From Chiloscyllium plagiosum (lineage: Eukaryota): 64,000 nucleotides of DNA. The notes under the pieces were generated by a model. The model made no database searches. It was not told where the DNA came from and saw only the letters and a list, made by a program, of their open reading frames with translations. Made by a program: the position numbers and the translations under genes. Location of the stretch: contig NC_057752.1 in assembly GCF_004010195.1 (NCBI RefSeq), forward strand, positions 4,960,879-5,024,878, read 5' to 3'. Position 1 is the stretch's first letter; every line of letters starts with the position of its first letter. Shown here in pieces: positions 51,701 to 58,497 of the stretch.

Positions 51701-54700
51701 TACAATTAAGATCCCAAGGGAGACTTCATTGAGTGGATGTGGAAAGATGCTTCTTCTTTTCCATATTCCGGATAGAGCATGATAAAGTCATTTCAAGGAT
51801 ACTATTATCATGTCCTGCATAAAATCTTTCAATCAATCTGTTTTATTTAGATAATCGGGAACTGTGTATCACTGCTTGTTCTGAGCTCAGCCCTGCCAGT
51901 ATTCTCCCGGACTCTTGGTAAGCAGTTGTAAATTTTTCCACTGACTGTAGCTTCCACCTCCACTTTTAACTATTGTCTCTAAGTTATTCAAATCTTCCTC
52001 ATCTGCTGAGTGTGTATATCTCTGCTGAGGCAGTATCAGGGATGTCTTAATTGCTTTGACCTACTTAGCCTAGTGAGGAGAACAACATTGACCCGAGTTT
52101 TCAGTTTGTTAGCATGTACTCTACTAAAGAGTGATTTTTAAAAATGTGCACCAATGAGGGAAATGTCAGGTGAAGATGAGATGGAAGGAGTTTGAATTTA
52201 CACTGCAACTTACATCAGTGAGCTCTGCCAATGTGATATCTTTAATGAGATGCTGTTATTATGTCATTGAACACAATAATCAGTTTGGAGCCCAAAAACA
52301 GTGAGAGATTAATGACTTTGTATAGATTACTAGAACTGCTTTTGGGGATGAACCCTGAAGAACTCTTTGCTTCTCTTCAAATAGTTCCAGTGGATCTTCT
52401 GTGGCAGTTTGAGCATGTAGGCAAGGCCACTGCTTAATGTCCCATTAAAAGGATGGCATCTCCGATGTAGCACAGCCTCAGTACTACACTTTAAGGCATT
52501 TGCTCCTTCTTGCTAAATGGCCTAGACATGTCTAATGTCAAGAGTCTCTTGTGATGAATGGGCACTTGGCTGGGATACTGTGGAGCCTTTTGTCGTTGGC
52601 TTGAGTGGAATGGAGAAAATCGAAGCAAAATCTATATTGGATAATAAGTTGTTGACATTAGTATCTCAGAAAAATTGCTGTGTGAACTCCCACTGCACCT
52701 GTAAGTCATTTATTGCCCATCAAGTCATTCTTGTGACTTCTCTGAATGTAACCAATAGCAGTGAGAGAATTGGCTCCCTGTTAACTTGACTGTTTGAATG
52801 ACCTTTTGCTACCCCTTTTCATATTGCCTCTGGTAATCAGAGAACATTAATATGATATTTGATAATAAGGAATAGTTACCTCTTTGTATAATGCAAGGAA
52901 GGCACTGGTTTTCTGTTTCCACATAAAAACAGATTAAATTGTGGAATGTGATCTCCAAAATGCTAATTAGAGATCCCAGAAGCAAATGCAATAAAAACCA
53001 ATTTGCTTCACACAAGTCATGACAAGCCTTTGGTCCTGATGGCATCGAGACAACATCATTCCTGTTGCCATTTGAGTTCCTAAGATTGCCTTTAGATGGC
53101 GCCAAACTCTTCTCTGACCACGGGAAGGTGAGCCTCATTTTCAACTTGCAGATCCAAAATTTATAAAATTCAGTTTTTCCTCTCTTTAGCAAAGCAGAAT
53201 TTTTGAGAATTTGTGTCATGTCTCAAAAGTTCTTCCCTCTTGAAGACATTAGTTTCCCTCACTGTAATGTCATTGCATGCATAACAGGCCTGATCTGCTA
53301 AATAGTGCAGATTGGTGCACATCCGGACTGTTAATTAGCTATTTACTTTAAGCAGGTACATTTAGGGGAGGTGATGGCCTAGTGGTATTATCACTGGACT
53401 ATTAATCTGGAGATCCAGGCAATGTTCTGAGGATGAGAGTTCAAATCCCACCATTGCAGATGATGGAATTTTAATTCCACATTTTTATTGAATTCAAAGT
53501 CTAATGATGACTATGAAAGCATTGTTGATTGTTTGGGGGAAAAACCCATCTGGTTCACTAATGTCCTTAGCGGGGGAAATCTGCCTTCCTCACCTGGTCG
53601 CGCCTACATGTGACTCCAGACCCTTAGCAATGTGGTTGACTCCTAACTGCCCTTTAGGCAGTAAATGCTGTTATTTCTCACTTTGGTGTGGTCTTATGAA
53701 AGCACATGTTTTATTGAAGGTTTGAATGTAGAAAGATCCATTTTAACAACAATTTCACTTTGAACTACACAGTAGGAAATGATGAGTAAAGTGATGCACA
53801 TGCAACCCTTCTGATTTCTCCGACAAAATATTAAGTTAGATATTGAAATTCCTTACCTCCTTTCAGAGAATTTTTTTCTCTTTTAGGAATCACAAATTTT
53901 GACTTGTTGGGGAACTTTGGCAGTTTTAACTGGCTTGGAAATTTTTACATCATCTTTCTCTACAACATGCTTTTTGCTGGTCTCACAGCAATGTGTCTGG
54001 TCAAAAAGTTCACCAAGGCTATGCAAGCGGAACTTCTCCATGCATTTGGTAAGTGCAACCTGTGCAGGTGCAACTATGTTATGACACATCAGTAAATCTG
54101 GCACCTAAAAAGAAGGCCGATCTACTAATATTGTGTGATTGTAATTATTGGACTCCATATTGAGGATAAAAAAAAGCTATCTTCCTATCAGGCATTCTGA
54201 TTGGGTAAATTTTGACAGTACCAAGGTGCTTTTAATAATGTATTAAATATCCATTTAGAATGAGAACCACGTTGCGAGTGTGATGATATGATGTTCATCT
54301 TGTATTAAATGTTCACATTTTAATAGTTTAAAAACATGTGGATAACTTATTATTGAACCTCCATTCAGTTTTTGGGCACAAAATTCTAATTGAAGGCTAC
54401 AGTTGAGGCATTTTGTGTCTCATTAAACTCACACCCTTGCTACAGGTAGATATGAATGTGTGGATTGGAGATGCTCGGCTTCACCTGAGAATACCAACTA
54501 ACTTTTGACAGCTGCAAAATGATTGAATATAGTGAGCCAGTCCAAAAATGCAAACATCCCCTGTTGCTAAGTAATTGTACATTTTCTGGATTGAAGTTAG
54601 TTTGAATGTTTTGAAGCACAATTCTCTGGCAAGTTTATATTGTAGAGCTGTTCCAAGATGTGTTTACTTCCGAGCTGCATGCCATTTGTATTGCAGGGCA

Positions 54701-57700
54701 GATTCTGTAGCTTCCAGAGTATTGGGTAGCCACGACTTATTCAATTTTAATCAGACATTTTTTTTCCTGTCTCCGAATTTCTTCACTGGCTGGCATAATA
54801 TATCCAGGCCAGCAAGCCAAGAACATCTTTATCATCACGTACAGGTAGCCTCTGTGTGGCTGGCAGTATTAGTTTGGGTTAACATCAGGAGTCATGCTTC
54901 TAGGCATGTCTAGTGACTTTCAGGCCTTGAAAAGCCACACTGGGCTTTTCTTATCTTGACAGCTCTGAATTGTAGTGTTTTTAATATTTTCTTACATTTC
55001 CTCTTGGGGATTCATGCTACAATCTTCACCACTGAACCTCCCCAAAATCGCTCTCCTTGACCACCGTTGAATCAAACTGTTTACAAATTGCCATCCTATT
55101 TCATCCCAAGCTGAGTTTCTGACTCCACATCCTCTCCATCTCAAGCACCACCTACTTTGATGTTCCTTCAAGCTCTCTGCCACTAAACCCCCTCGCCTGT
55201 AATCTTTGTAAGGTGCAGACCCGACTATTCCAATGATCTTCTCGTCAGCATTCCACCTTCTGCTCTCCATCAACTTCAGCAAAAACTCTGGGTATACCCT
55301 GTCCTGCATCAAGTCCCAATTGCCCATTACTTCTTCCCTTGCCGATCTCTCATGACTATTTCAGTGTTCCAATGCTTCATTTATAAATTCCTGTTCTAGT
55401 CTTGGGCATCATTCCCTATGTATCTCTGTAACCTTCTCCAGTACTGCAACTTCCCAATTCCATTCCTTTTTATTCTAACCTCTTCTGAGTCTCTCCCTTC
55501 TGGCTAGGCTCTAAGCTGTGGAATTCTTTCTCAAAAAAACTCTGCGTTGTCTCCTCCCTCTCCTTTTGACATTCTCCTTAAAAACCCTCTTGAATCAAGC
55601 TCAACATTTCTAATATATCTTCCCTCACTCTTGTTCTCCCTTTTCTGCCCTTGCCCTCTTTGTGCCTGTGGGATAGCAGCCTGCTGACAAACTAAGGATG
55701 GCCACTTGGGTGAGTTACTAGACAGCTACACACACAAGAATTCTACCTCCGCAAGCAGGTCAGCGTACTGCAAGTTATGAAAACCAATTCATCTACAATG
55801 CTGTTTGAGGAAGGGGGGGGCAGGGAGAAATATCTACAAATTAATAGAAATAAATCTGGTTTTATTTAATCTCTACTGTCTCAAATTCCCTGATTTTGGT
55901 ACCACCTGCAGCTAAATTTAACACTTATTTCCTTGCAACAACAAATTGTGCAGAAGGTGCTGTAGTGCCCCCTTTCTCCAAATATTCTGCTGTCAATTTG
56001 ATTCCAATTCAATCTCTGGTTGTTGATTCTGGAGTGATCTCATTAATATTATTTTAATAAACACTTGATAATGACAGTGCCTGTTGGGGCAGTGGGAAGG
56101 GAGGTACAGTTGAAGGCTTGATTGCAACAGGTTTGTTCATAGGCCTATGAAGCCAAATTCTGTGGATTAAGCACTATTTTTGGATTAAGGTACGAAATGT
56201 TAAACTTTGTTGTCATAATCCAGCATTCCGCTTTTCAGCCAAAGCGGGTTCCAAGTTGATTTTTGATGATTTCATTTGAAAAATGCATCAACAAGGGTTA
56301 AGTTACACTCTGGCCATGTTAGATCTGTGGTCAGTAATTAGTGACGTTTATCCTGAAATACAATCCCAGTCTGGTTCCTCTGGGTAAATGTTGCTGTGAA
56401 ACGTTTTGTCTCCTGGGAGCCATTTCTAATCTCTCATTGTCAACAAATTGAATGCAATGGCTGCCCAAGCACAAAATCAGGGCCGCAGCTCATTTCGAAG
56501 GGTCAAGATAAGAAGGGATGAAGAGCCTCGCCTGCACCATATGATTAGGAGGGAGTTGATATTGGCACCTATGGGAGGGAGTTGATATTGGCACGTTAGC
56601 CGTCTTTTATGAAGGCAATTTCTAGATTGTGAAGGGTTTTTATACTTCAAAAGCAAACTACAATGTGTTGAATTGTATGGTATTTATAAGTTTATCGAGA
56701 TAATATGCACCAATTGTTCAAACAGTTCAGTTACCTGCCATTGTTTGCTGTATTCCTAAATTTATGAACAAACTTTCTTGCAATGCCAAACGCCTTTTTT
56801 TTTGTTTGTTTGTTTTGCTTCATTAAATAAGGTGCTTTTGAACCTGGCGTATGAAGTCATGCATCCTCAATAAAGCAGCCTGACTTTGACAAGCTGCTCT
56901 ACAGAATATAATACTAAAAACTACTTTCAGTGCTTTTCGGTGCGAAATGGACCCTGGGTAGGGAAGGGCTAGAAGTTTGCAGCGAGGAATTGTATCTCTG
57001 TTGTCCAGCAAAATGTTTTCCCTCTTTGGTAGAGGCTGAGGTGATAGACCTAATGTAGGATCTTACTGTATGCAAACTGGCTTCCATACTTGCCTACAGA
57101 GTGGCTTTATGAGTAACTCATTGGCTTTGAAGTGCTTTTTGGATGTCTTGAGAACACATACAGCAGCATAGAAATGCAAAATAGTTCTTTTGAATCTGGT
57201 GATCTGATCACTGTTTCAGGTCCCTTTCCTCCCCTTGCTGTGTTCTGGCAGAGGCTGCCTTTCTGTTTTGGTGGCCCCTGTTTTGTGTAACTACCAACAT
57301 CACCTGCCAAGTGGTAGATATGGATATCTGGATCTAGCTGTTTGTCTCTTCCGAACTGACAGTAATTGCTGGGGTTTTCCCTCCGATGGCTCACCACTGC
57401 CTGTGATACTTCTACCTCCTAAAATACAGAAAATGTTATGATACTAAGGAGACCGTTTGGTCTGTCGTGTCTATGTCAGATATCCTAATAAAATGTAAGT
57501 GGTTATTCAGACCAAATACTTCAGGATGCTTTGTCTATAAAGTCTTTGTAAAATTTTTGTTCTGCTGCTTTGCAGACACTGAAGTTGCCCAATTGACAAA
57601 TGTGCCTTTGATTTTTCACATTCATTTTCTTCGTTTTGAATAATTTATTTGACCAAGGGCAAACTTTGACAATAACTAAACTCTCTGACCAGCTGGAATA

Positions 57701-58497
57701 AATCCAAAATATGGAAAGAACTTGAGCATTATTGCCTTGAATACTGTGTTCTAAAATAATTAACTTCCATTTCTGGATGTAAAGATTATATTTAAAAAAA
57801 TTTAAATGGGCTTGACTAAGCCTGGGCTCACAGTGGGGCTTCCTTGATCACAATGAATTCTGACTGGAAAAAAATGTTAAGTTATTTATAATTAAATTTG
57901 ATAAGATTAGTTTAAAATAGACCATAGACTCTTGTAATGCTGACTTATCTCTGCAAAGTGGTGAGTTACATGAGCTAGATTGTTAGAATCTGAGTTTTGG
58001 TTTTCCTGCTTGTTCGTGGATTACAGATCTTGCGACATGTTTGTCTTTGGAAATAATTTTATCACCAGCTTCACTGAGCAATTGTGTGATGGCAGTTATC
58101 AGATATTCAGTGTGGTAAGGTGAAAACCTTGTTCTAAATGTAAATATTGTGCAGCACTAGCCTGGAGGCTGGGAGTTCATGGGTTGGAATCTGGATTTGC
58201 TTGTCCTACCATGCACATGGGTGATGGAAAAAAAGAGTACTTGCACAGAAGAGAGTGTACAAAATCAGTTTTTAAATTAAGAGTTGCAACTGGGGCAATT
58301 GCAGAGCAAAATAGACACTTAATTGTTTTTATTGAGGTCCTTCACCACTTGTAAATATTTGTGAATGAATTGATTGTGATTATAACTTTTCTTTTCAACA
58401 TTTTATTTCTTCAGGCTTGGACAGATTGCCTCTTCCAGTCACTAGATCTTGCACCTCTGCCAAGATGGGTCCAGCAAGTAGCAAGGGACTTGTGTAA
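707..58497 (+). CDS. LMBR1L: LMBR1L, limb region 1-like multi-pass membrane protein (lipocalin-interacting membrane receptor family); 17 coding exons, 491 aa
   Basis: Manual splicing of 17 GT-AG exons gives an open 1476-nt frame with matching intron phases. The translation runs MEDDVMIRAKLFHNRVRECI...QWLNGSLIHGLWNLVFLFSN...FAYFFTESEGFAGSKKG...WQRNLGYPL...FNWLGNFY...GLDRLPLPV...KGLV*. RECI, LVFLFSN, FAYFFTESEG, WQRNLGYP and GLDRLPLPV match LMBR1L as I recall it rather than LMBR1. Confidence 0.92.
950..1790 (+). mobile_element. Degraded CR1-clade LINE 3' fragment
   Basis: Decayed RT C-terminal motifs (gtattgtgttcaattct...ccccacactttagaaaaggatg) and a CR1-like 3' tail. Confidence 0.65.
1870..2930 (+). 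mobile_element. Degraded CR1-clade LINE 3' fragment
   Basis: Decayed SGVPQG, KFAD and WQMEFN-like segments (gggaaatttgcagac; gcaaatggaattcaatc) with many stops. Confidence 0.7.
3247..4027 (+). mobile_element. Penelope-like element 3' remnant with CA-rich tract and hammerhead motif
   Basis: Flanked by a 10-bp TSD aaaagtagtc (3237-3246 / 4028-4037); contains a hammerhead core at 3906-3940. Confidence 0.65.
3906..3940 (+). ncRNA. Minimal type I hammerhead ribozyme motif
   Basis: UAC-CUGAUGA-A-GGAGC(AGC)GCUCU-GAAA-GC-UA-GUA: 3-bp stem I, stem II, and palindromic AGCU at stem III. Confidence 0.65.
5311..5615 (-). mobile_element. HE1-like tRNA-derived V-domain SINE
   Basis: Reverse strand has a tRNA-like head (ggtggctcggtggttagcactgctgcctcacagc), a V-domain-like core and the tail ctgtagggattctatga. 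Confidence 0.8.
5682..6259 (+). mobile_element. LTR remnant (same family as 42546-43448)
   Basis: TG...CA ends, internal AATAAA near 6109 and a purine-rich stretch just upstream. Reverse-complement similar to 42546-43448. No TSD seen. Confidence 0.6.
7190..7500 (+). mobile_element. Degraded Deu-domain SINE (SacSINE1-like)
   Basis: gagacttgagcatgaaaatctaggcc...gaagaaaagcaggggagttctcc...ccaatatttatc. Confidence 0.6.
7980..8330 (-). mobile_element. CR1 LINE 3' fragment
   Basis: ggagcagtaggttatccagcc...gccattcaatgagatcatgg resembles the reverse-strand CR1 3' end at 38455. Confidence 0.6.
10100..10335 (+). mobile_element. Degraded tRNA-headed SINE (family unassigned)
   Basis: A-box-like ggtcagttagctcagtttgctgg and a decayed B-box. 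Confidence 0.5.
10710..10850. mobile_element. Degenerate Tc1/mariner-pogo (Tigger-like) MITE
   Basis: Imperfect terminal inverted repeats cagaggcattcgatta... / ...caatcgaggttcctctg followed by TA. Confidence 0.5.
13655..14035 (+). mobile_element. Degraded Deu-domain SINE (SacSINE1-like)
   Basis: tRNA-like head, ggtgctgcctttcagatg core and L2-like tail ttggctgcaaagtgctttgag...gaggtcatgaagg. Confidence 0.65.
14837..14931 (+). mobile_element. Short Penelope-derived element with degenerate hammerhead core
   Basis: ctgatgaagagt...tttgaaatgtt; 11-bp TSD actcctgaacc / actcctgagcc (14826-14836 / 14932-14942). Confidence 0.55.
17331..19710 (+). mobile_element. Penelope-like retroelement (5'-truncated RT + GIY-YIG) with an inverted copy of its 3' end
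   Basis: Motifs PADKG, PRFYGLPKVHK, PLRPIVS, VSFDVTALFTSI, GTPMGSPIS, WVRYVDDTF and GIY-YIG VVYKIPCKDCTKHYIGQTGR, with frameshifts. 17331-17925 is the reverse complement of the 3' end. TSD aacattcRgcacataca at 17314-17330 / 19711-19727. Confidence 0.93.
17403..17441 (-). ncRNA. Minimal type I hammerhead ribozyme motif in Penelope terminal repeat
   Basis: Reverse strand: GCA-CUGAGGA-U-GUCACC(UAGACA)GGGAC-GAAA-U-GUC-UGC. Confidence 0.7.
19826..19968 (+). mobile_element. HER1-like CR1 LINE 3' tail
   Basis: Near-identical to 49027-49170; ends gctgtgcatctctatgactc. Confidence 0.85.
20570..21205 (+). mobile_element. Degraded RTE-clade LINE 3' fragment
   Basis: Translation VCKACGLGTLYGCETW resembles RTE LLYGxETW; WQDKITN-like segment at ~20750; ends gatggatggatgcc. 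Confidence 0.6.
21830..22020. mobile_element. Old palindromic Penelope-derived mini-element
   Basis: Degenerate inverted arms (gctggagaaactc...aaagttaatgttt / aaacattaattcc...atttctctggcac). Confidence 0.5.
23964..24048 (+). CDS. LMBR1L: LMBR1L exon 2
   Basis: Pyrimidine tract and cag acceptor; ICALLFTALYILSYLVITRFKKNADFAA; donor gtgact. Confidence 0.92.
24770..24965. mobile_element. Old palindromic Penelope-derived mini-element
   Basis: gtgctggtgcaactcagcaggtctggcaacatct... is inverted against ...agatgctgccatacctgctgagtttctccagcat. Confidence 0.6.
26130..27340 (+). mobile_element. 5'-truncated non-LTR retrotransposon (CR1/L2 group), RT fragment and 3' end
   Basis: ALDIKVAFDRVWH, GVPQGSFLGPTTFSCFIDDL and QQDLD motifs; tail gggatgggcaatgaatgc...atgaatgaattaaaaa. 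Confidence 0.85.
28976..29181. mobile_element. Palindromic Penelope-derived mini-element (related to the 17331 family) with hammerhead on - strand
   Basis: Terminus gagaagatttgta is shared with the 17331 element. Inverted arms. - strand 29054-29093 reads UCA-CUGAAGA-U-GUUACC(GAGUAU)GGUGAU-GAAA-U-GUC-UGA. Degenerate TSD cagtgaatatgt / cagtggacatgt. Confidence 0.75.
29368..29583. mobile_element. Palindromic Penelope-derived mini-element
   Basis: gttgataaagtgtggtgctggaaaagcacag... is inverted against ...ctgtgcttttccagcaccacactttatcaac; hammerhead cores decayed. Confidence 0.75.
29989..30022 (+). CDS. LMBR1L: LMBR1L exon 3 (34 nt)
   Basis: tag acceptor; DNNEDATVNRI; donor gtaagt. Confidence 0.9.
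31205..31307 (-). mobile_element. Single-arm Penelope-derived mini-element with hammerhead core
   Basis: Reverse strand: CUGAUGA-A-GGGC(UUUU)GCCC-GAAA-U-GUC (31273-31305). Confidence 0.7.
32318..32457 (+). CDS. LMBR1L: LMBR1L exon 4
   Basis: LWMCTFTLAVSAGAVFLLPFSIISNEVLLSLPENYYMQWLNGSLIH; donor gtgagt. Confidence 0.95.
32672..32877. mobile_element. Young palindromic Penelope-derived mini-element with hammerhead core
   Basis: ~80-bp near-perfect inverted arms; 15-bp TSD ttttcaaaattatag (32657-32671 / 32878-32892); - strand CUGAAGA-A-GGGC(UUAU)GCCC-GAAACGUC. Confidence 0.85.
33541..33995 (-). mobile_element. HER1-like CR1 LINE 3' fragment
   Basis: Reverse-strand ORFs LNRLGLYSL..RRLRGDFIEIYKIMR and VHVWNELPEEVVEA; tail tcatagagatgtacagc. 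Confidence 0.85.
34230..34333 (+). CDS. LMBR1L: LMBR1L exon 5
   Basis: GLWNLVFLFSNISLVFLMPFAYFFTESEGFAGSKK; donor gtaaga. Confidence 0.95.
35012..35042. repeat. (GATT)n microsatellite
   Basis: About 7 tandem GATT units. Confidence 0.9.
35055..35652 (-). mobile_element. Degraded Penelope-like element 3' part (GIY-YIG remnant plus hammerhead-like core)
   Basis: Reverse strand near 35600-35650 reads GETKLRLDDCF (compare PLE GETKRRLGDRF). CUGAAGA-A-GAGU(CAUCCCA)ACUC-GAAA at ~35109-35133. Confidence 0.65.
35837..35963 (+). CDS. LMBR1L: LMBR1L exon 6
   Basis: GIMARVYETFVVLFLLTLLVLGIVWVASAIINNDAASRESLY; donor gtgagt. Confidence 0.95.
36338..36679 (-). mobile_element. HE1-like V-domain SINE inserted in an older CR1 fragment (~36000-37080, -)
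   Basis: tRNA head, V-domain-like core and ctgtagggattctatga tail on the - strand. Confidence 0.8.
36770..36911. mobile_element. Palindromic Penelope-derived mini-element
   Basis: 14-bp TSD tgacctcgtatttg (36756-36769 / 36912-36925); short inverted arms; hammerhead 3' half gggctcatgcccgaaacgtc. Confidence 0.8.
37387..37455 (+). CDS. LMBR1L: LMBR1L exon 7
   Basis: DLWDYYLPYLYSCISLFGVLLLL; donor gtgagt. Confidence 0.95.
38049..38113 (+). CDS. LMBR1L: LMBR1L exon 8
   Basis: CTPFGLSRMFTVTGQLLVKPR; donor gtaagg. Confidence 0.95.
38455..39230 (-). mobile_element. Older CR1 LINE 3' fragment
   Basis: Reverse ORF ...QLYRVL..LYPQYC.EFW..ALEAIQKRFTWLIPGMKG..LKRLGL. Confidence 0.8.
39340..39750 (+). 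mobile_element. Deu-domain SINE (SacSINE1-like)
   Basis: ggttcaagttccac B-box, ttttagatgagacattttaaatcgaggcccc core and L2-like tail. Confidence 0.7.
40523..40820 (+). mobile_element. HE1-like V-domain SINE
   Basis: ggtggctcagtggttagcactgctgcctcacagc...gggttcaattcc (A/B boxes) and the gggtttcctctgggtgctccggtttcctcccacagtccaaagatg core. Confidence 0.85.
40830..41378 (+). mobile_element. L2-clade LINE 3' fragment
   Basis: Decayed HITPVL..LHWLP-like and LWNSLP-like segments; tail aaagggctatgtaaatgcaagttgtt. Confidence 0.6.
41427..41499 (+). CDS. LMBR1L: LMBR1L exon 9
   Basis: LLEDLDEQLNCTRFEEAAVLHKLN; donor gtatgc. Confidence 0.93.
41812..41898 (+). CDS. LMBR1L: LMBR1L exon 10
   Basis: GKMSSCWVFFSVESLKYHFLNIHARRIKL; phase 1 at both ends fits its neighbours; donor gtaagg. 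Confidence 0.85.
41976..42052 (+). CDS. LMBR1L: LMBR1L exon 11
   Basis: EIRRRASPWQRNLGYPLVMLLLLALT; donor gtaagt. Confidence 0.94.
42546..43448 (-). mobile_element. Solo LTR (4-bp TSD) with a nested Penelope-derived insert
   Basis: TG...CA termini flanked by ATAT (42542-42545 / 43449-43452); reverse-complement similar to 5682-6259. Confidence 0.7.
43115..43363. mobile_element. Palindromic Penelope-derived mini-element nested in the LTR
   Basis: 15-bp TSD tgcttgacacttcta (43100-43114 / 43364-43378); inverted arms; - strand CUGAUGA-A-GCGC(UUUU)GCCC-GAAACGUU. Confidence 0.82.
44060..44770 (+). mobile_element. LINE 3' fragment, same family as 26130-27340
   Basis: MEYSPLAWMGA..LKLNTIQDTAAHLIG; tail gggcagtaaatgctggccc. 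Confidence 0.8.
45608..45685 (+). CDS. LMBR1L: LMBR1L exon 12
   Basis: GISVLLVGFHVLELLIDETAMPKGMQ; donor gtaagg. Confidence 0.95.
46316..46680 (-). mobile_element. HER1-like CR1 LINE 3' fragment
   Basis: Reverse ORF EVYKIMRG..LFPGVGESRIRGH..TQRVVHVWNELP; tail tcatagagatgtacagc. Confidence 0.85.
47718..47791 (+). CDS. LMBR1L: LMBR1L exon 13
   Basis: DPPLGKDSLSMFGSLGAAVEVVLI(F); followed by U12-type donor GTATCCTTT. Confidence 0.93.
47792..49490 (+). other. U12-type (minor spliceosome) GT-AG intron 13
   Basis: 5' site GTATCCTTT; branch-site-like CCTTAAT at 49474-49480, about 10 nt before the cag; no polypyrimidine tract. Confidence 0.88.
48110..49170 (+). mobile_element. Young HER1-like CR1 LINE (5'-truncated), nested in an older - strand LINE remnant (~47900-48108 and ~49172-49325)
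   Basis: WRPVTSGVPQGLVLGP, YINDLD, SKFADDTKIGG, LQQDLD, KWQMEFN, RRLRGDLIEVYKIMRG; tail gctgtacatctctatgactc. Confidence 0.92.
49491..49581 (+). CDS. LMBR1L: LMBR1L exon 14
   Basis: YLMVSSVVGFYSSPFFIKLAPRKQDTTMTK; donor gttggg. Confidence 0.94.
50630..51760 (+). mobile_element. Older CR1 LINE RT fragment
   Basis: QHGCVKGKSCL and DALYFDFQKAFDKVP motifs, frameshifted. Confidence 0.85.
51851..51917 (+). CDS. LMBR1L: LMBR1L exon 15
   Basis: IIGNCVSLLVLSSALPVFSRTL; donor gtaagc. Confidence 0.95.
53366..53672 (+). mobile_element. tRNA-headed SINE sharing its 3' tail with the 26130/44060 LINE family
   Basis: gatggcctagtggta A-box, gagttcaaatccc B-box and tail ggcagtaaatgctg; an interrupted relative lies at ~30390-31020. 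Confidence 0.65.
53887..54048 (+). CDS. LMBR1L: LMBR1L exon 16
   Basis: GITNFDLLGNFGSFNWLGNFYIIFLYNMLFAGLTAMCLVKKFTKAMQAELLHAF; donor gtaagt. Confidence 0.95.
55000..55620 (+). mobile_element. Degraded L2-clade LINE fragment
   Basis: Pyrimidine-rich; similar to 40830-41378 (taagctgtggaattct...aaaaccctcttgaatcaagc). Confidence 0.5.
56548..56594. repeat. 21-bp perfect direct repeat with 5-bp spacer
   Basis: ggagggagttgatattggcac at 56548-56568 and 56574-56594. Confidence 0.9.
58415..58497 (+). CDS. LMBR1L: LMBR1L exon 17 (coding part, to stop)
   Basis: cag acceptor after a long pyrimidine tract; GLDRLPLPVTRSCTSAKMGPASSKGLV-TAA. Confidence 0.92.

Noticed and set aside
56548..56594. CRISPR-like repeat
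   Set aside because: Only two copies, a 5-bp spacer and a vertebrate context.
707..58497. Calling the gene LMBR1 (the ZRS host)
   Set aside because: Diagnostic segments (RECI, exon 2 ending KKNADFAA, FAYFFTESEG, C-terminal GLDRLPLPV) and the short intron 5 fit LMBR1L better.
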